Shown: one piece after another, positions 22,021 to 34,372 of the stretch | Layout of the letters: the number at the start of each line of letters is the position of its first letter | How positions within the stretch are numbered: position 1 is the stretch's first letter | Source: Catajapyx aquilonaris | Lineage: Eukaryota | DNA length: 36,946 bases | Direction: 5' to 3' | Assembly (NCBI GenBank): GCA_000934665.2 | Contig: KZ539002.1 | Location: 1-36,946 of the forward strand | Notes under the pieces: generated by a model | The model's database searches: none | Told to the model about the DNA's origin: nothing | Seen by the model: the letters and a program-made list of their open reading frames with translations, nothing else | Position numbers and translations under genes: made by a program

Positions 22021-25000
22021 GATTAATACGTCGTCAACAAAGAGTATTTTATAATCAGTTCATTACTGTTAAAGTATAAAATATACCCTGGGAGATATGC
22101 AACCATAAGCACAGTCTTGCCATCTACACTGTGCTACATCTAAATACTATATCATATCTCGTTTACCAATTACCTCACAGTGCTCACGCAGTCATTATAC
22201 ATCGATGGGACACTGGCCCTAAGATCTAAGCATAAAACGCTTCTCCTGTAACTACGAGTTTACTCTAGAGGCTTGTCGCATGATTACAAACGATCCTGTG
22301 AAACCGACGTTTAATATTGAAGCCCTGCATAAACACTATAGCTATACAGTATAATAAGGGCATTGACTGAACTTTTGAGGCGGTGATGGTCCATCCTTTT
22401 AAAGACAATGTAACATTTTATGTCGTTTCAAAATATAGGCACCATGCTCTTTGAGGCTTATTTATGGGCACAGTTGTAGTTCTGTAAATGAAAACAAATT
22501 CACGTTTTGCAGTGTCTTTAGAAATAGTGCTGTGTGCGTTGTGTTAAAAATGTATAATACTCAACAGTTGCACAACAGCTGGCCCCAGTATGAGTAAACG
22601 CAACTTAATCGGATTAAAGCGTGCTGCATAAAGCCCGCAGATTTTAAGGTGGACATGTTATATGCGAGTCGGTTGTTGTCATAGAAACTCTGTATTCTAC
22701 TCTCACATTATGCAAGAGTGCACCTATTTACGTTTACATAATGAAAGACGTACGGACACCGCAACAGTGCACTGAACACAAGCTCAAACTAAGTTAGAGC
22801 GTCAAACTGACTAAAAATAAACAGACGGTGCTAATAAAATTTATGACCAAAGAGTATTAAGGGATACATACTCCATGCCATAATGATTTGACCGAGTTAT
22901 CATTTTTCACATTTATACTGTGCAATATTTCCGAATATTTCTAATATCTTGACAATAATATTCAGGATGTGCATGAAAAAGTGACAATTTGGCCGGATTC
23001 TCCACCCTATATCTATTCTTTTATGCTATGTATTTTGAAAGTGCATAATATCATCCATTCGTTTGTAGAAAACCAGAAAAATCGTGAATAAATTGCACTG
23101 GATTTGTTTTGGCCATATGGTACCGACCGGTCGAAAGTGGTACTAAAAGGTGCATATCCTGCCCCATGGCGTTCCTATACCAACCCCAATACACCCTGCT
23201 CCTCATTTTCTCCCACAAAGCGATATTGCATATTAATCCATACATGACAGGCGCATAGTGTCTAGGATCCGGAATCATATGCATATACAGATGGCAAATG
23301 GTAGCATTCGAGGGGTCCTCATTAATCAAACGCCCGGAGCTTCAAACAAGTCTTTTTCTCCTCGGGACTGGAAATGGCGAGTGTTAGAACGACCATATTC
23401 CACGATTACTCTTGCTTCATTTAGAGCATGTGGTCCTCTTTTAGTAATGAGAGTGTTGCAGTAGCAGTGGGCTTGTCCTAACCCAAGTCTGCCCCAAACC
23501 AGAAGCTTCAACCTTCCCTCGCCCTCGCCCCCTTTCCACTCTCTTTTCAAAATAAAAAAGAAGCACGGCGCCATTGAGAGTAAAGCACCCTTCCCCTTCA
23601 TTAGAGTTTCGATCAGGCATGATGGAGGTAGGTAGTTATTTCGTAGACTCGTCCCAAGTCTTTGCCTTTGACCCTCTTCAAAGAGACGCGCCTCGCTCTC
23701 CTGCACACATAATTTAGCCGCAGTCCAACTCCGTTTTCAAACTTTCTCCGCAATTGGATCGAAGCCGATTGGCGTCTGTTTAGTTGGACAAATGAATCCT
23801 CCTTTGTTCCAACCTCCAAGTAATGGAAAATTGAGGTAATGAAGGTGTCAAGGTGATGTCAACCGTTTCCTTTTATCCAGCCCGACAGTCTGGAAGCAAT
23901 CGAGCGAAGTGGCAACGGTGTGTAGTCTCCCAACCAACCGCACGTGTTGTTTGTGTGTTGGGAGAACGCTTGATTGGGCGGGAGGTTTCATTGCAGCGTT
24001 GCCACAATTGCAATGAAAGGTTGGGTGACTATTACGGACAACTTTTGTCATAGATGCGGTATTGTGATACGACTTTTAATCTAGATGAATCGCATTGGTT
24101 TTTTAAAATTCCCTGCCAAGAATATGTTACTTAGCTGCTTCATGGCAATTAAGAAATAGCAATTAGGTTCAGTCTCATGAAGAATGTTATGATCAGTCTC
24201 TCTATATAGAGATGGTGCATCACTTTTTAACAGGCCAGATCATCAAACTTAAAGTACATATTCTCAGTTTTAATTTTAATGGACCTTGACCGTTATTCTC
24301 CGCTTTTTTATATTCAAAGTGGGGTATACAGCTCCCCGTGATTTGGGTGCCTGTTGGTCTCAATAGCTCTGGTTAGGTTCGCTGTAATGTTCATAACGAT
24401 TTCAAAGGCATCCCTGATAAAAAAGGGTGATGGCACAAATTAGGTAAGGTTAAAGGGCCGGTGCCAACTAAAAGGTGATGAGGGGCTGGGGGGGTTGAAA
24501 TAATTGATGCGGTTCTCAACAGAGCCCCCTTTTCCTTCACTAGGTTTGCGCATCAAGTAGAAGTGTAACTTGGGGGTCAGGTCATTCTTGAACTTTTATG
24601 AGGAGAGTCTGGGATGCTGTCCTCAGGGATAAAAGTACCTCATAAAAGTTCCTAATTGCTTTCCCAATGTGCAGTTCCCGTTTTCCTTTTAACTTTTTTC
24701 CCTCCCCTGCTGGTCTGTTGCTTCGCACGTGTCTTGATGCCCCTTGCTCCTTCTTATATCTTATTGGATAGCAAAAAATTGCCAAACTATAACAGTATTA
24801 GTAGAAATTGTCATTTCGCCGCTGGGATAAAGCCAGATTTCTTTCTTTTTCTTGAAGGGGAGATCAAACCTTTAATATCCCGCTGCAAAACCCCGTTCCA
24901 TTTAAGTTGAATTGATCCCAAAATGGACGAAATGACTCGATTTTCAAGTTACGATGATCCTGAACTACGCCGGCTGTAAAGCAAGAAGCACGTATTTAGA

Positions 25001-26443
25001 CTCCCAGCTCTCCTGGCCCCACCTCCTGTTTTTGGTTTCGTAGTCTTTGCGTGCACGTCACTGCAAATTGTACCCTGCTGTACGTACATAACCCCAGTAA
25101 CGCTAATGAATATTGCATCACAAGAAGTAATTCTCTTTGGACTTACGAGTCACGTCCTGGGCCAAGTTTTGGCCACTTCACTTCTTTGCCTCCCTCCCCC
25201 CTTCAACCACCACCCACTACCGCACCCATCCAGGAATGAAGAGACATTTCCGAGAAAGTCGGTGGATGACGGGTTAGCCTCCAGTCTTAATTAAACTTAA
25301 GCAAACTTTGCATTTGCCTAGTAGCAATATTGACTTAGTCTTAAAATTTCTGTCGCGATTAATTCGGTTTTAATTGTCGCGGCTAATCAAACTTGCTGCT
25401 TAGTAAAGCTATAGGTGTTGCTCACAATGTGAACAGCTCTTATAAGGGAACTGAAACAATGTTTCTACGAGCAATGCTCTCCGACATGTGCAGAATGCGT
25501 CATGTTGCCTATTTCAGAGCACCAGAGACAGCCGGCATTGGTAATGTGGCGTAACCCGTATTGCCGTTATGATTACTGTTCTAGACAGTTGGCAGCCCAT
25601 TCCCTGAATTCCACACTGCAACTGTAGAGTTATGCAGACATTTCCCATGAACAGGAGTTTGAATAAGAGAACAACTAATATCTCCACATAGCTGACATAA
25701 ACAGTGTTAGACTGTGTTGTAATAATTTTTGTGCATACAATACACAATACATAAACAATTGTGGGTAAGCTGATAAGTTGAGAACAGCTTTTATGCAAGA
25801 CGTCGAATAATCATTAGTCTTCTTCCTTACCAACGTTTGTGGGCAATAATTTTCAAAGCGAAACCCTCCCGGTATCACATTTTCCCTCAAAGCCTTCTTA
25901 AATCCGGGCATAAATTATTGCTCCGCCTCAAGTCCGCAAATCCTCTCGAATATGTAACACCTGAAGTCTCTAAAATGGTTCTAAGCACCCGAAGCTGCAA
26001 ATGGGATTGGAGTTTGGACACGTCCCTCTTTTTTTTGGGAAAGTAGGAGAGGCCTCTGAGGGAGGAGGTTGGGAACACATCCTCGGACTTTTGGTGGCAG
26101 AACTTTGCTAATGTTGCCCGTGCCAGATGGCTTCTTGTTTCCTTCCATACACGCCCCTTCCTGGTAAACGAGATTTGAATAGCTCGTTACAAAATCGAGG
26201 CAGATTGGCTGGGTAGTTTGCCGAGCAATTTTGCAACGGCTTTAGGACAGAAATTGTTGTACTTGTGATGCACTGTCGGTGTGGTATGTTGATGGGGCTC
26301 TCTATAAGTGAAGGCTGAATTAAAAGGATAGCCTCGGATAATCAGGTTTGAAAAGAGCTAATGAAATACAACAGGATTAGATGACATTATCCTCAATGTC
26401 GTGCTGTATATCCATTTACTGGGAGTCTGGGAAAGGGTTACAT

Positions 26444-26581
26444 CAAGGGGGTAATCACTCGACTGAAAAGTGTACACTGGAGTACCAAATTCAAGGAGTA
26501 CCACGGAGTAATAAAGAGTGAGGTGCCTGAGGAGTACCACTCCCAGGTGTACACCGGAGTACCGAAGTGATTACCCTCTTG
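26444..26581. mobile_element. 138-bp MITE with a perfect 8-bp TSD (hAT or P-element superfamily)
   Basis: GGTTACAT|CAAGGGGGTAATCACT...AGTGATTACCCTCTTG|GGTTACAT: 16-bp TIR with one mismatch, and internal reiterated GGAGTACC and GTGTACAC motifs. Confidence 0.92.
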
Positions 26582-26626
26582 GGTTACATAAGCTGCATAA
26601 CCCTAATGGCGCCGAATTCCTTATCG

Positions 26627-26800
26627 CAAGGGTTCTTAACCTTTTCGGGCCTCCGCACCCCTTTGAAGACAGTTGGTCCTTGTCGCACCCCCTATACCAG
26701 GGGTGATTGATTAAGTTCATAGTTATAGACTAAGTCCATGCAGGGGTGCACCTTGCTCTCACCCCCTGGGGGTGTGGGCACCCCAGGTTAATAACCCCTG
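26627..26800. mobile_element. 174-bp hAT (Charlie-like) MITE with an 8-bp TSD
   Basis: CCTTATCG|CAAGGGTTCTTAACCT...AGGTTAATAACCCCTG|CCTTAGCG: TSD 7/8, TIR 14/16, with reiterated GCACCCC subterminal motifs typical of hAT elements. Confidence 0.88.
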
Positions 26801-29800
26801 CCTTAGCGGATATTATACCACTTAGACTAGACACTCAAGTCTCAATTTAGATGCACCTCAGCAATGAGTTTCAATATACGTGACATAATCTGCTGAAAGG
26901 TCGTTGCAGTTTTTGATAAGATCGCGATTGTGGGGAATTTTGAAGCAAGGGTATTATTGCACCCTTGTTGTTTAGCAAAAATAGAGTATAGCTTCTGAGC
27001 TTATTACTAATCGACGCATAGACCGTAAAGTTATTAACTATGCGTTTTGAAAGTTTATGAATTTCACATGAAAGCGTGCTAACAATTCCGTAATTAAATA
27101 AAGTTGCTTGCTTGTGAAAAATTGATATGGATCGATTGGGCCCACTTCAGGCATGCGGTAAAAGTATGAGCAGGACAATAACCCGTGAAACCGGTAGGAT
27201 AGCTGATGCATCGCATATTATACTGTAGAATTTCAAGCGGAAGGAAGCCCAGAAAAATATCGATCATAAGTTCAAAAACTCTAAAGGCACAAGGCGTCGG
27301 CATTTTACATAGATAAAATGTCTTGCCCATAGTGAGCCAGAAATAGGAGGATATTTTTGTTATCTCGAGAACCTTTTCAAAATATCTGATCTTACCTTAT
27401 TTATAATACAGGCAAATTGTTTTAAAAAAGTAGAATATTTATGATTATTATTTGGTGTGGCGCTTCATAAATACCTTCAGACCTGATCACCAGTCACTTG
27501 ACTTTTCCTTCGTTATATTCGGAGTGACATGTTGCTAGTTTTGAGATCTTATCACAAAAGGTCCCCGTTCTTGAAGTGGAAGTTTCCATGGGATCCGATG
27601 GGAATTAGGAAATGGGATTATTATTCACATTTGCCCCTTCATGCTTCTCCTGGAGGCATATCGCCACTCTGTCTCCTCCGACGGCTGCCGCGCCTGCGCA
27701 TAAGGTGCAAGAAGGCACCTACCCTTCCTATAAAGTGTAGAGGAAGTATCAACGTATGTTACGTATCTACCCATGCTCGTTTTTACCCGGTCCGTCGTAA
27801 GGCGTAAAAAATGTAATATCGCGAAACTTACTTTCCGACTGCCCTGCGACTGCCCCTCGTATTTGGAAAAATTGAAGTTGGGAATTTTTACTTATTATAC
27901 TAACTCATGTAGAGTGACAATAAAATATAGATTGCAGGAAATGGCTGATAACGAAGTAGCCTACTTTAGAGTAGCTTTGCTGAAAAAATAATCCTGGAAG
28001 AAAACCACATCTTGCAGCAGGCTGAATTTCTCCGTTTCAGATTTTCTCAATCGCATTGGTACAGGATTTTCCGAGGGATTTTCTTTCCATAGAGTGAAAC
28101 CAGCCCCGCCTTTTACCGCACATAATAGGGGAAAATATAAGACTACATTCATGATATGCTTATCTCCTGGAGGAGAGAAAACGAGATGAGTGCATGTGAA
28201 AAGCCTTGACAGAGACAAAGGAGAAAAGTTTCTTCAAGAGAAGAAAGGTGTGCAAAAAAAGAAGCTGGCGGTAGGGGGAAAAATGGAGGATGGGAACATT
28301 AGTATCCAGTGACAGAGATAGAATGAATGTTGGGTCCGAGCCGAAAGTAAGTAAGTGCCCAATAGCCTTCCAGGGAACGTTTCCTACTGTCAATAGGTGA
28401 CTTAGTACCAAGAAAGGAAAGGAAGGGTTGGGAATTTCTGGATGCCAAGTATTGAAGTAGTCTCTCCGGTCGTTTATTATTCGGGCAATTGGAAACAGAC
28501 GCTTTTGCATCTCTAAAGGTTCTTCACACTCCTTTCGAGCTCGGAAGCCCACAGTGGTTTGGAATGCTGAAAAGGAAGTGTTTGGGAAGTCCACGTGGGG
28601 CGATATCGGATGCTTTGGAAGAGTAATGAAAAGCAGCTGGAGCTCCCGGAATGATGGAATTTCATCTCTTCTAGTACAGCAGTAACATACCCTTAATGGA
28701 GGTGAGCATTCCTCGCCCTGGGAATATCTTATTTCTTTCCCCCACTGATTCAAAAACACGTCACGACCATATAATGCATAGAAGAATGCTTGTATACCCC
28801 GATGGCACATCTGCAGAAATGCGAGCTAGAGATTCATGATTCTCATATATATACGCGCGTTGTGTTGCATATAGTATAGCCATGCTCCTTTTTATGCCGA
28901 AAGCCTGTACTGCATATCGCTTATTTTTAACACGCGACATAATCTTACTTTTACATACGTAGCTTGTATACTAATTGGGGGACGTTACATGTTAACTAAC
29001 TGTAAGCCCTGTTTAATCACTTCCTTTATTACCGATGCTCTTTTTGTAGGAGTTCTGCTTTGGGCTACCTTCATCATAATAATTAATCAGAAAAACAGAA
29101 CAATTATTTAGGCTCACCAGTTTGCTGCTATTTGGTAGGCTTTGAGTAGAATAACCTTTATGAGATGCATTGTGAAATTTTAAATAGCTAAGCTCAGTCT
29201 GCAGACGCTTTCTGAAACCAGTATCGCCTTACCAAGCTGCAGAATTAACGCTCCAAAAATACCCTTTGGCGGAGCAGGACCGGGACCTACACCCATCATC
29301 TGGCAACCTTGCCAGACCGATTTCGACGGCATCCTCCTAGAATACAGAAGAGCTCTCCTCCCCTTAACAAAAGTAGCTGTAGAGACAGAAAAAGAGCGAA
29401 AAAAGAAAGCCATAGAAGGGGAGGCCCATGGAAGCTTCCACTTCCTGTTCGTGGCTCCTTAGACCAGTGACTTGAGCGCCGTCTGTCAGCTTATTTCGGT
29501 TCCAAAAATCGAAGCTTTCCAGCACAGCTACCAGGCCGGCAAAAAGTAACTATTCTTCCCAAGGATTGGTCTTGGCAAAGAAACAAAACTGGGTGGAGCG
29601 AGGAAGTAGAGGGTGACGAGAAAAGGAGGTTAGTGACCGCTGGTATATACTGTAGAAGACAGATTTTACTCTGCTGTATATGCTAGTAGCTCACTCACTG
29701 CCGCATCTGGTCTGACCACACAGGCACGGTTGTTTCAGAGAGCTCTGGCAGAGACAAGAGATCAGTCGCAACCCGACAAAACCTACCTCACAAAGTGCCT

Positions 29801-30869
29801 TGGAGGGGTTTTAGCACTGACACATTTGCGGATTATATCTGTGGGAGATACCGCTAAAGGTGATTCAAAGTTGTGTGGTGTCTACGGGAAGGCGCTAAAT
29901 CCGACCCAGAAGGGCATTGGATGTTGCGCGTGCTGGCGGTGCGGTGGAAAACATGTCACATGAAGATGTGGAGACAGTTTTCTCGGCAGAGTATTTCAGC
30001 TGTTGAATGCCAGGTATAGCCGGATAATGAGAAGCTTAGTTGCAAAATGGACCTTCTGTGGCTATAGTATCATAATTATGACGGAAATGTCTGGTAGGCC
30101 CTTTGTAGGTATACTCGTCATAGTAATCCACGGGAGATTTGCGAGTGAAGCCTTTCCTGTGTAGAGAAATGTTGAGTCATGAGAGTGCTCAAATTGTTAT
30201 AATAGTCAACATATTTACAGAATGTACTATAGATAAATCGGCATGCGTATATCATTTCGTATGTACGATCGATGTATGTCGTAGATTAAGGTGTGGTCCA
30301 CAAGCTCACGAGAACTGGTGTTTCCGAACGAATTCGAGATATTTTAGCATGGGCGAGAAGACAACGGACGAATGGGTTGCGAGAATTGGCTTCTCGCTCT
30401 CATTACTACCGATTCTTACAGGCTTGTGAACACACGTTTAGTCGTGATATGAAAGTGTGGCATGACCCCATCACAAAGGACATCCAATGCGAATTCATGC
30501 ATTGTCACCTGGGGTGGACCAGGAAGGAGAATTGACTGGTGCAAAATTTAGTCGAAGTGCAACGGATATAGACAGAAAAGGCACGAGAAAAATTGTAGCA
30601 AATAGTCATATCCCGCAAATCCTAAAAAATTAAAATCATTCTGTCATGCCACTCATATATGCCATTCAATGAATATGTTCGAATGCATTGCATTTGTAAT
30701 TAATATGCAACATTAGCTGAGGCCAGTGCACCTTACTTAACCAGCCTTCTTTTTTCTGTTTATATTCGTGTAATTATGAGTACCGGTATAGCTTCTTGGG
30801 TTTGTGAATAAAATTACACTGCGTGTAGCGTTCGATTCTCCACTTCGCATGAGTGTTTTGTTTAATAAG

Positions 30870-30873
<4 letters not shown>

Positions 30874-30908
<35 letters not shown>
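30874..30908. repeat. (TAA)11 microsatellite, possibly a retroposon tail
   Basis: Perfect trinucleotide run. A B-box-like GTTCGATTC lies at 30830-30838. Confidence 0.9.
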
Positions 30909-32160
30909 GATTCTTGAGATCACATAAATAATACTAATTACTTAAAAATAATATTTTGTTGCAGCCTCGATTGTGACCTTTTACTGCAGGCTATGGGTTT
31001 TTGATGTGTTGCTTAATTGATTCTGCTGTTACGCATAATGAGATAATTGCATTTAGTGTGAAATAATATGTGAATATTCCTAGTTGACACTGGGATGGGC
31101 GATTTCACAGAAAATGAACAATATGTATGTGCTTAATCAAATCAACTGTAGGCTACCCGCGGTGTAGCATGCGCAAATTACCCAGACAAACAGGATGATT
31201 TACTTTCTTTACATAACGTAATTATAATGTGCTGCTGTGCTGTAATTAGAGTAATGACATTTTATGAAAAATATCCAAAGAGCATGTCGACGGCATTAAA
31301 AAGGACGACATTGTTATTACGGAAAGGCTAATTATTTTGACATAATGCAATTGCATTCGGAATTAATAATTGGCATTCCCATGGCAGATCCAAACTCAGT
31401 CAGTTATTAAATGACAATCACATACTACTTGTAAATGTGTTTGAAATGCTGCAGTACGTTTATGAGTTCATATAAACTTATATAATATACCTTTGCATAA
31501 CTTCCAGTGTACCGCTGCCAATCAAGTTTCATTAGTTTAACAGTAGGGGCCTATAGGGGTAGGTAAACCTTGCTTGCTCTACTACGACCCTGACTACGAA
31601 AATTTGCCTATAGAGCAAGGGCAGCGTGTGAATTCTTTGCAATTTACAATAATTAGTAATAAATATCTTATTATCTCATCCTACTCGAGATCAGTGTGTA
31701 GGTTTATATAATTTTTAGTTATCCTGACTTATACGGTAACTTTTCAAACTAGTAGATCGAGGAAGAGCAAGTAGCCTAATATCTTCATGATTTTAAAAAG
31801 TTACGGTAACTTAGAGTTGCACAATTAATTTGATTCCAGTGACCACTACTCTAACTTTGGATCATTCAATTACTGTTATCTCGAGTTTCCTCCCTTGAAT
31901 ACTGTAGCACTGCAACTGGTACATTGTCCTCGCAAGCTTGTAAATAAATTAAACCAATAAGCAGACACCGCCTTTGTTCGTGATGCAGGCGAGGAAAACT
32001 GGATGTGCGCTGTTTCTCCGCGAGAGCATGTAATGATTAGATTCTATGAGTTCACTCCAGCCATTCACTGCAATGACTGAGGACTATATTCACGAAAAGT
32101 ACTATCGGGTTCAAATACTTTTGGCCACTTTATCCTGGTCTTGAAGCAACCCTTCACACA

Positions 32161-32487
32161 CACACACACAAACCTGTCTTCACTATAAGGTGTGGGGACG
32201 TGGAAACTGAACTTTTCGTAGCGAGTGTAAACTAACCTAACCTAACCTAACCTAACCTAACCTACCCTACCCTACCCTAACTAACCTAGGCTGAGAGAAA
32301 TGAACTTTTGTGAAACCCTGCAAAACGAAATAGTGGGGACATGTCCCCACTGTAACGGTGATATTCTCGTGGGTCAAGCTGTGGGGACCGAAAATGTCCC
32401 CACAATTGGGTCAACGTCCCCAGAGTTACAGTAACACACCTGTTTTCGTCCCCAGACCTTATTGAAGACAAGAACACCCACACACAC
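32161..32487. mobile_element. Nested non-autonomous element with CA-repeat ends, subterminal inverted repeats and an internal (CCTAA)n tract
   Basis: CA runs at both ends in direct orientation. CCTGTCTTCACTATAAGGTGTGGGGACG (32173-32200) is inverted to CGTCCCCAGACCTTATTGAAGACAAG (32447-32472). Seven GTGGGGAC/GTCCCCA motifs are present. Confidence 0.75.
32232..32288 (-). repeat. Interstitial (TTAGG)n arthropod telomere-type repeat with GTAGG variants
   Basis: CTAA(CCTAA)5(CCTAC)3CCTAACTAACCTA on the + strand. Confidence 0.9.
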
Positions 32488-33900
32488 CTTCGTAACGTGG
32501 GGTCTGTGCGAAGGGTTGCTTCAAGACCAGGATAAAGTGGCCAAAAGTATTTGAACCCGATAGTACATGACTTCTATTTCAATTTTGGTGAGTCCAGGCC
32601 TTATTCTCGCGATTGCCAAGCTCTCTCCAGAATGCATGTTATGCTTCCCCGGCACACGACATGTTAATCCTTCCAAAAGCTTGCCATTTTCTTTGTAAGG
32701 CTGCTTCTGGAGGTGGCCGCACTTTAGATGATTTCCTATATAGAGCCATGCTCGATGAGAACAAAAGCTTCCTACCTGTTCTTCCGACCACTTTCGAAAT
32801 CACAGAAAAGGTCTTGAATTGCTTCCGCACGCAATTCGGAAACTGTGACGTGCTTTAATATTTTTGTCACATTAGAGGAAGCACGGGTTTTAGAGTTCGC
32901 TTAACGAAAATTAAACCTTCCAATCGGTTTTTTCTTTCTTAAGTGCTACACTTTTTCTATTAACCACAGAATCTTATACGTAAACCCAATAATGATAAAC
33001 TTTTATTTTCTTAAATGCACCTCATTTTAAATCACCCGAATTCCACTGCGAGAAGTAGCGATTACTGTGACGTGGATCATGACAGATTCCTGTTACAATC
33101 AGTGACAAAAGTCACAAATGTGAATATTAGTACATTGTCTGGACCACTACATTTGGCATGCTCTAAAAATGAAACGATGTCGTACTCTCTCACTCTGCTG
33201 AGCTACCAGTACGTTTCTCTGACTGAAAGAAATTCTTGGAGGAAATTACTAAAGAGATCCTTCAAGTCTTATTTCCTGTTTTTCAAAACCTTGGCTTTTC
33301 TTCTTAGACATCATCTAGGGTTCTTATATTTCTTGCTATTTTCTTGCTGGAAGACATTGAATACTGTATCATGTAGCTCGTTCTAAACATTAAACATGCT
33401 AATGCAGTCTTTCCTATATTTTCTAAAGTTTCACATATTGAGGATGAAAGGTTAAGAATCTAATCCAACGAGTATCACTTCTTTAATATTGTGATGGATC
33501 TGATATTGACATTGAGCCAGTATTAAACTAAACGTTACGGCCTCATAAAACAGAACTTTGATTAATATTTAGACTGTCACTTACGCGTATTTGAACAAGA
33601 GTGTGGTTTATTGAAGTCATCTGGGTTTTTGTCATAAACAGAAGGAAGAGGTAAACCTGACATCACGTCATCAGGTTTCCCTAACTTGGCTAACTTTGAG
33701 GTGCATTATACATGGTGTCAAAATAATGCAACCCAAAGTATTTTTACTTCATTTATGCAAGCCTACACTAAACACATGATTACTGGAGTTGTACTTGATT
33801 ATTATGAAGATTCTAATTTTATTCTATCTCTCTTGATCAAAAGAGAACAATATTGTCGCAGTGATCAACTGTCTCGTGGGCGATTCACATCGTACCACGA

Positions 33901-33972
<72 letters not shown>
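33901..33972. repeat. (AAT)24 microsatellite
   Basis: Perfect trinucleotide run. Confidence 0.98.
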
Positions 33973-33974
<2 letters not shown>

Positions 33975-34283
33975 CCTGTGATAGAGCCTTGGGCTCTCTA
34001 GGGGAGTGGAACACCACCATATTTTCTCATTCAATTTTCTGTGTGTACGTATCTTCAGACACCGTGCACCGCGTGCAGGGATGTAAGGATGGAGGATAAG
34101 GATTGGGATTTCTGGAGAGGAGACACGGGTATAAGTGCAATGTGGGTAAATGGGTCGTGCAGTCTCCCTGGAGGTTAGGTTGCCAGACGCCTCCTCACGG
34201 CGCGGGTGAGAGACCGTCCTGCCACAGGTGAAAGGGCAGGGACGAACCCGGGACCTTTCACTCAGCAAGCCGAGTCTTCTTTC
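33973..34283 (-). mobile_element. 5'-truncated tRNA-derived SINE-like element
   Basis: The minus strand begins ...GACTCGGCTTGCTGAGTGAAAGGTCCCGGGTTCGTCCC (tRNA variable loop, T-arm and B-box-like) and has a GC-rich body. Its 3' end GCCCAAGGCTCTATCACAGGGTA is shared with 9553-9575 and runs into (TTA)n. No A box is visible. Confidence 0.65.

Positions 34284-34372
<89 letters not shown>
34284..34372. repeat. (TAT)29 microsatellite, reverse complement of the 33901-33972 tract
   Basis: Perfect trinucleotide run. Confidence 0.98.

Larger units (their letters stand above)
32102..32563. mobile_element. Tc1-like MITE with ~55-60-bp TIRs and TA TSD, carrying a nested insertion
   Basis: TA|CTATCGGGTTCAAATACTTTTGGCCACTTTATCCTGGTCTTGAAGCAACCCTTC... 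is perfectly inverted at ...GAAGGGTTGCTTCAAGACCAGGATAAAGTGGCCAAAAGTATTTGAACCCGATAG|TA. Confidence 0.9.

Noticed and set aside
28550..28580. TGGAATGCTGAA (W-N-A-E) as a candidate NR2 exon 2 motif (WNADNS)
   Set aside because: Flanking residues do not match the conserved NR2 sequence.
28160..28810. 216-aa minus-strand ORF, the longest gap-free ORF in the window
   Set aside because: No recognisable domain or coding-like composition; probably a chance ORF antisense to the intron.
32232..32288. True chromosome end or telomere fusion site
   Set aside because: The tract is short, in a single orientation and embedded in a transposon-like structure.
34030..34085. Possible hammerhead ribozyme in the SINE (minus strand CTGAAGA...GAAA)
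   Set aside because: Stem II does not pair convincingly and no stem I/III partners were found.
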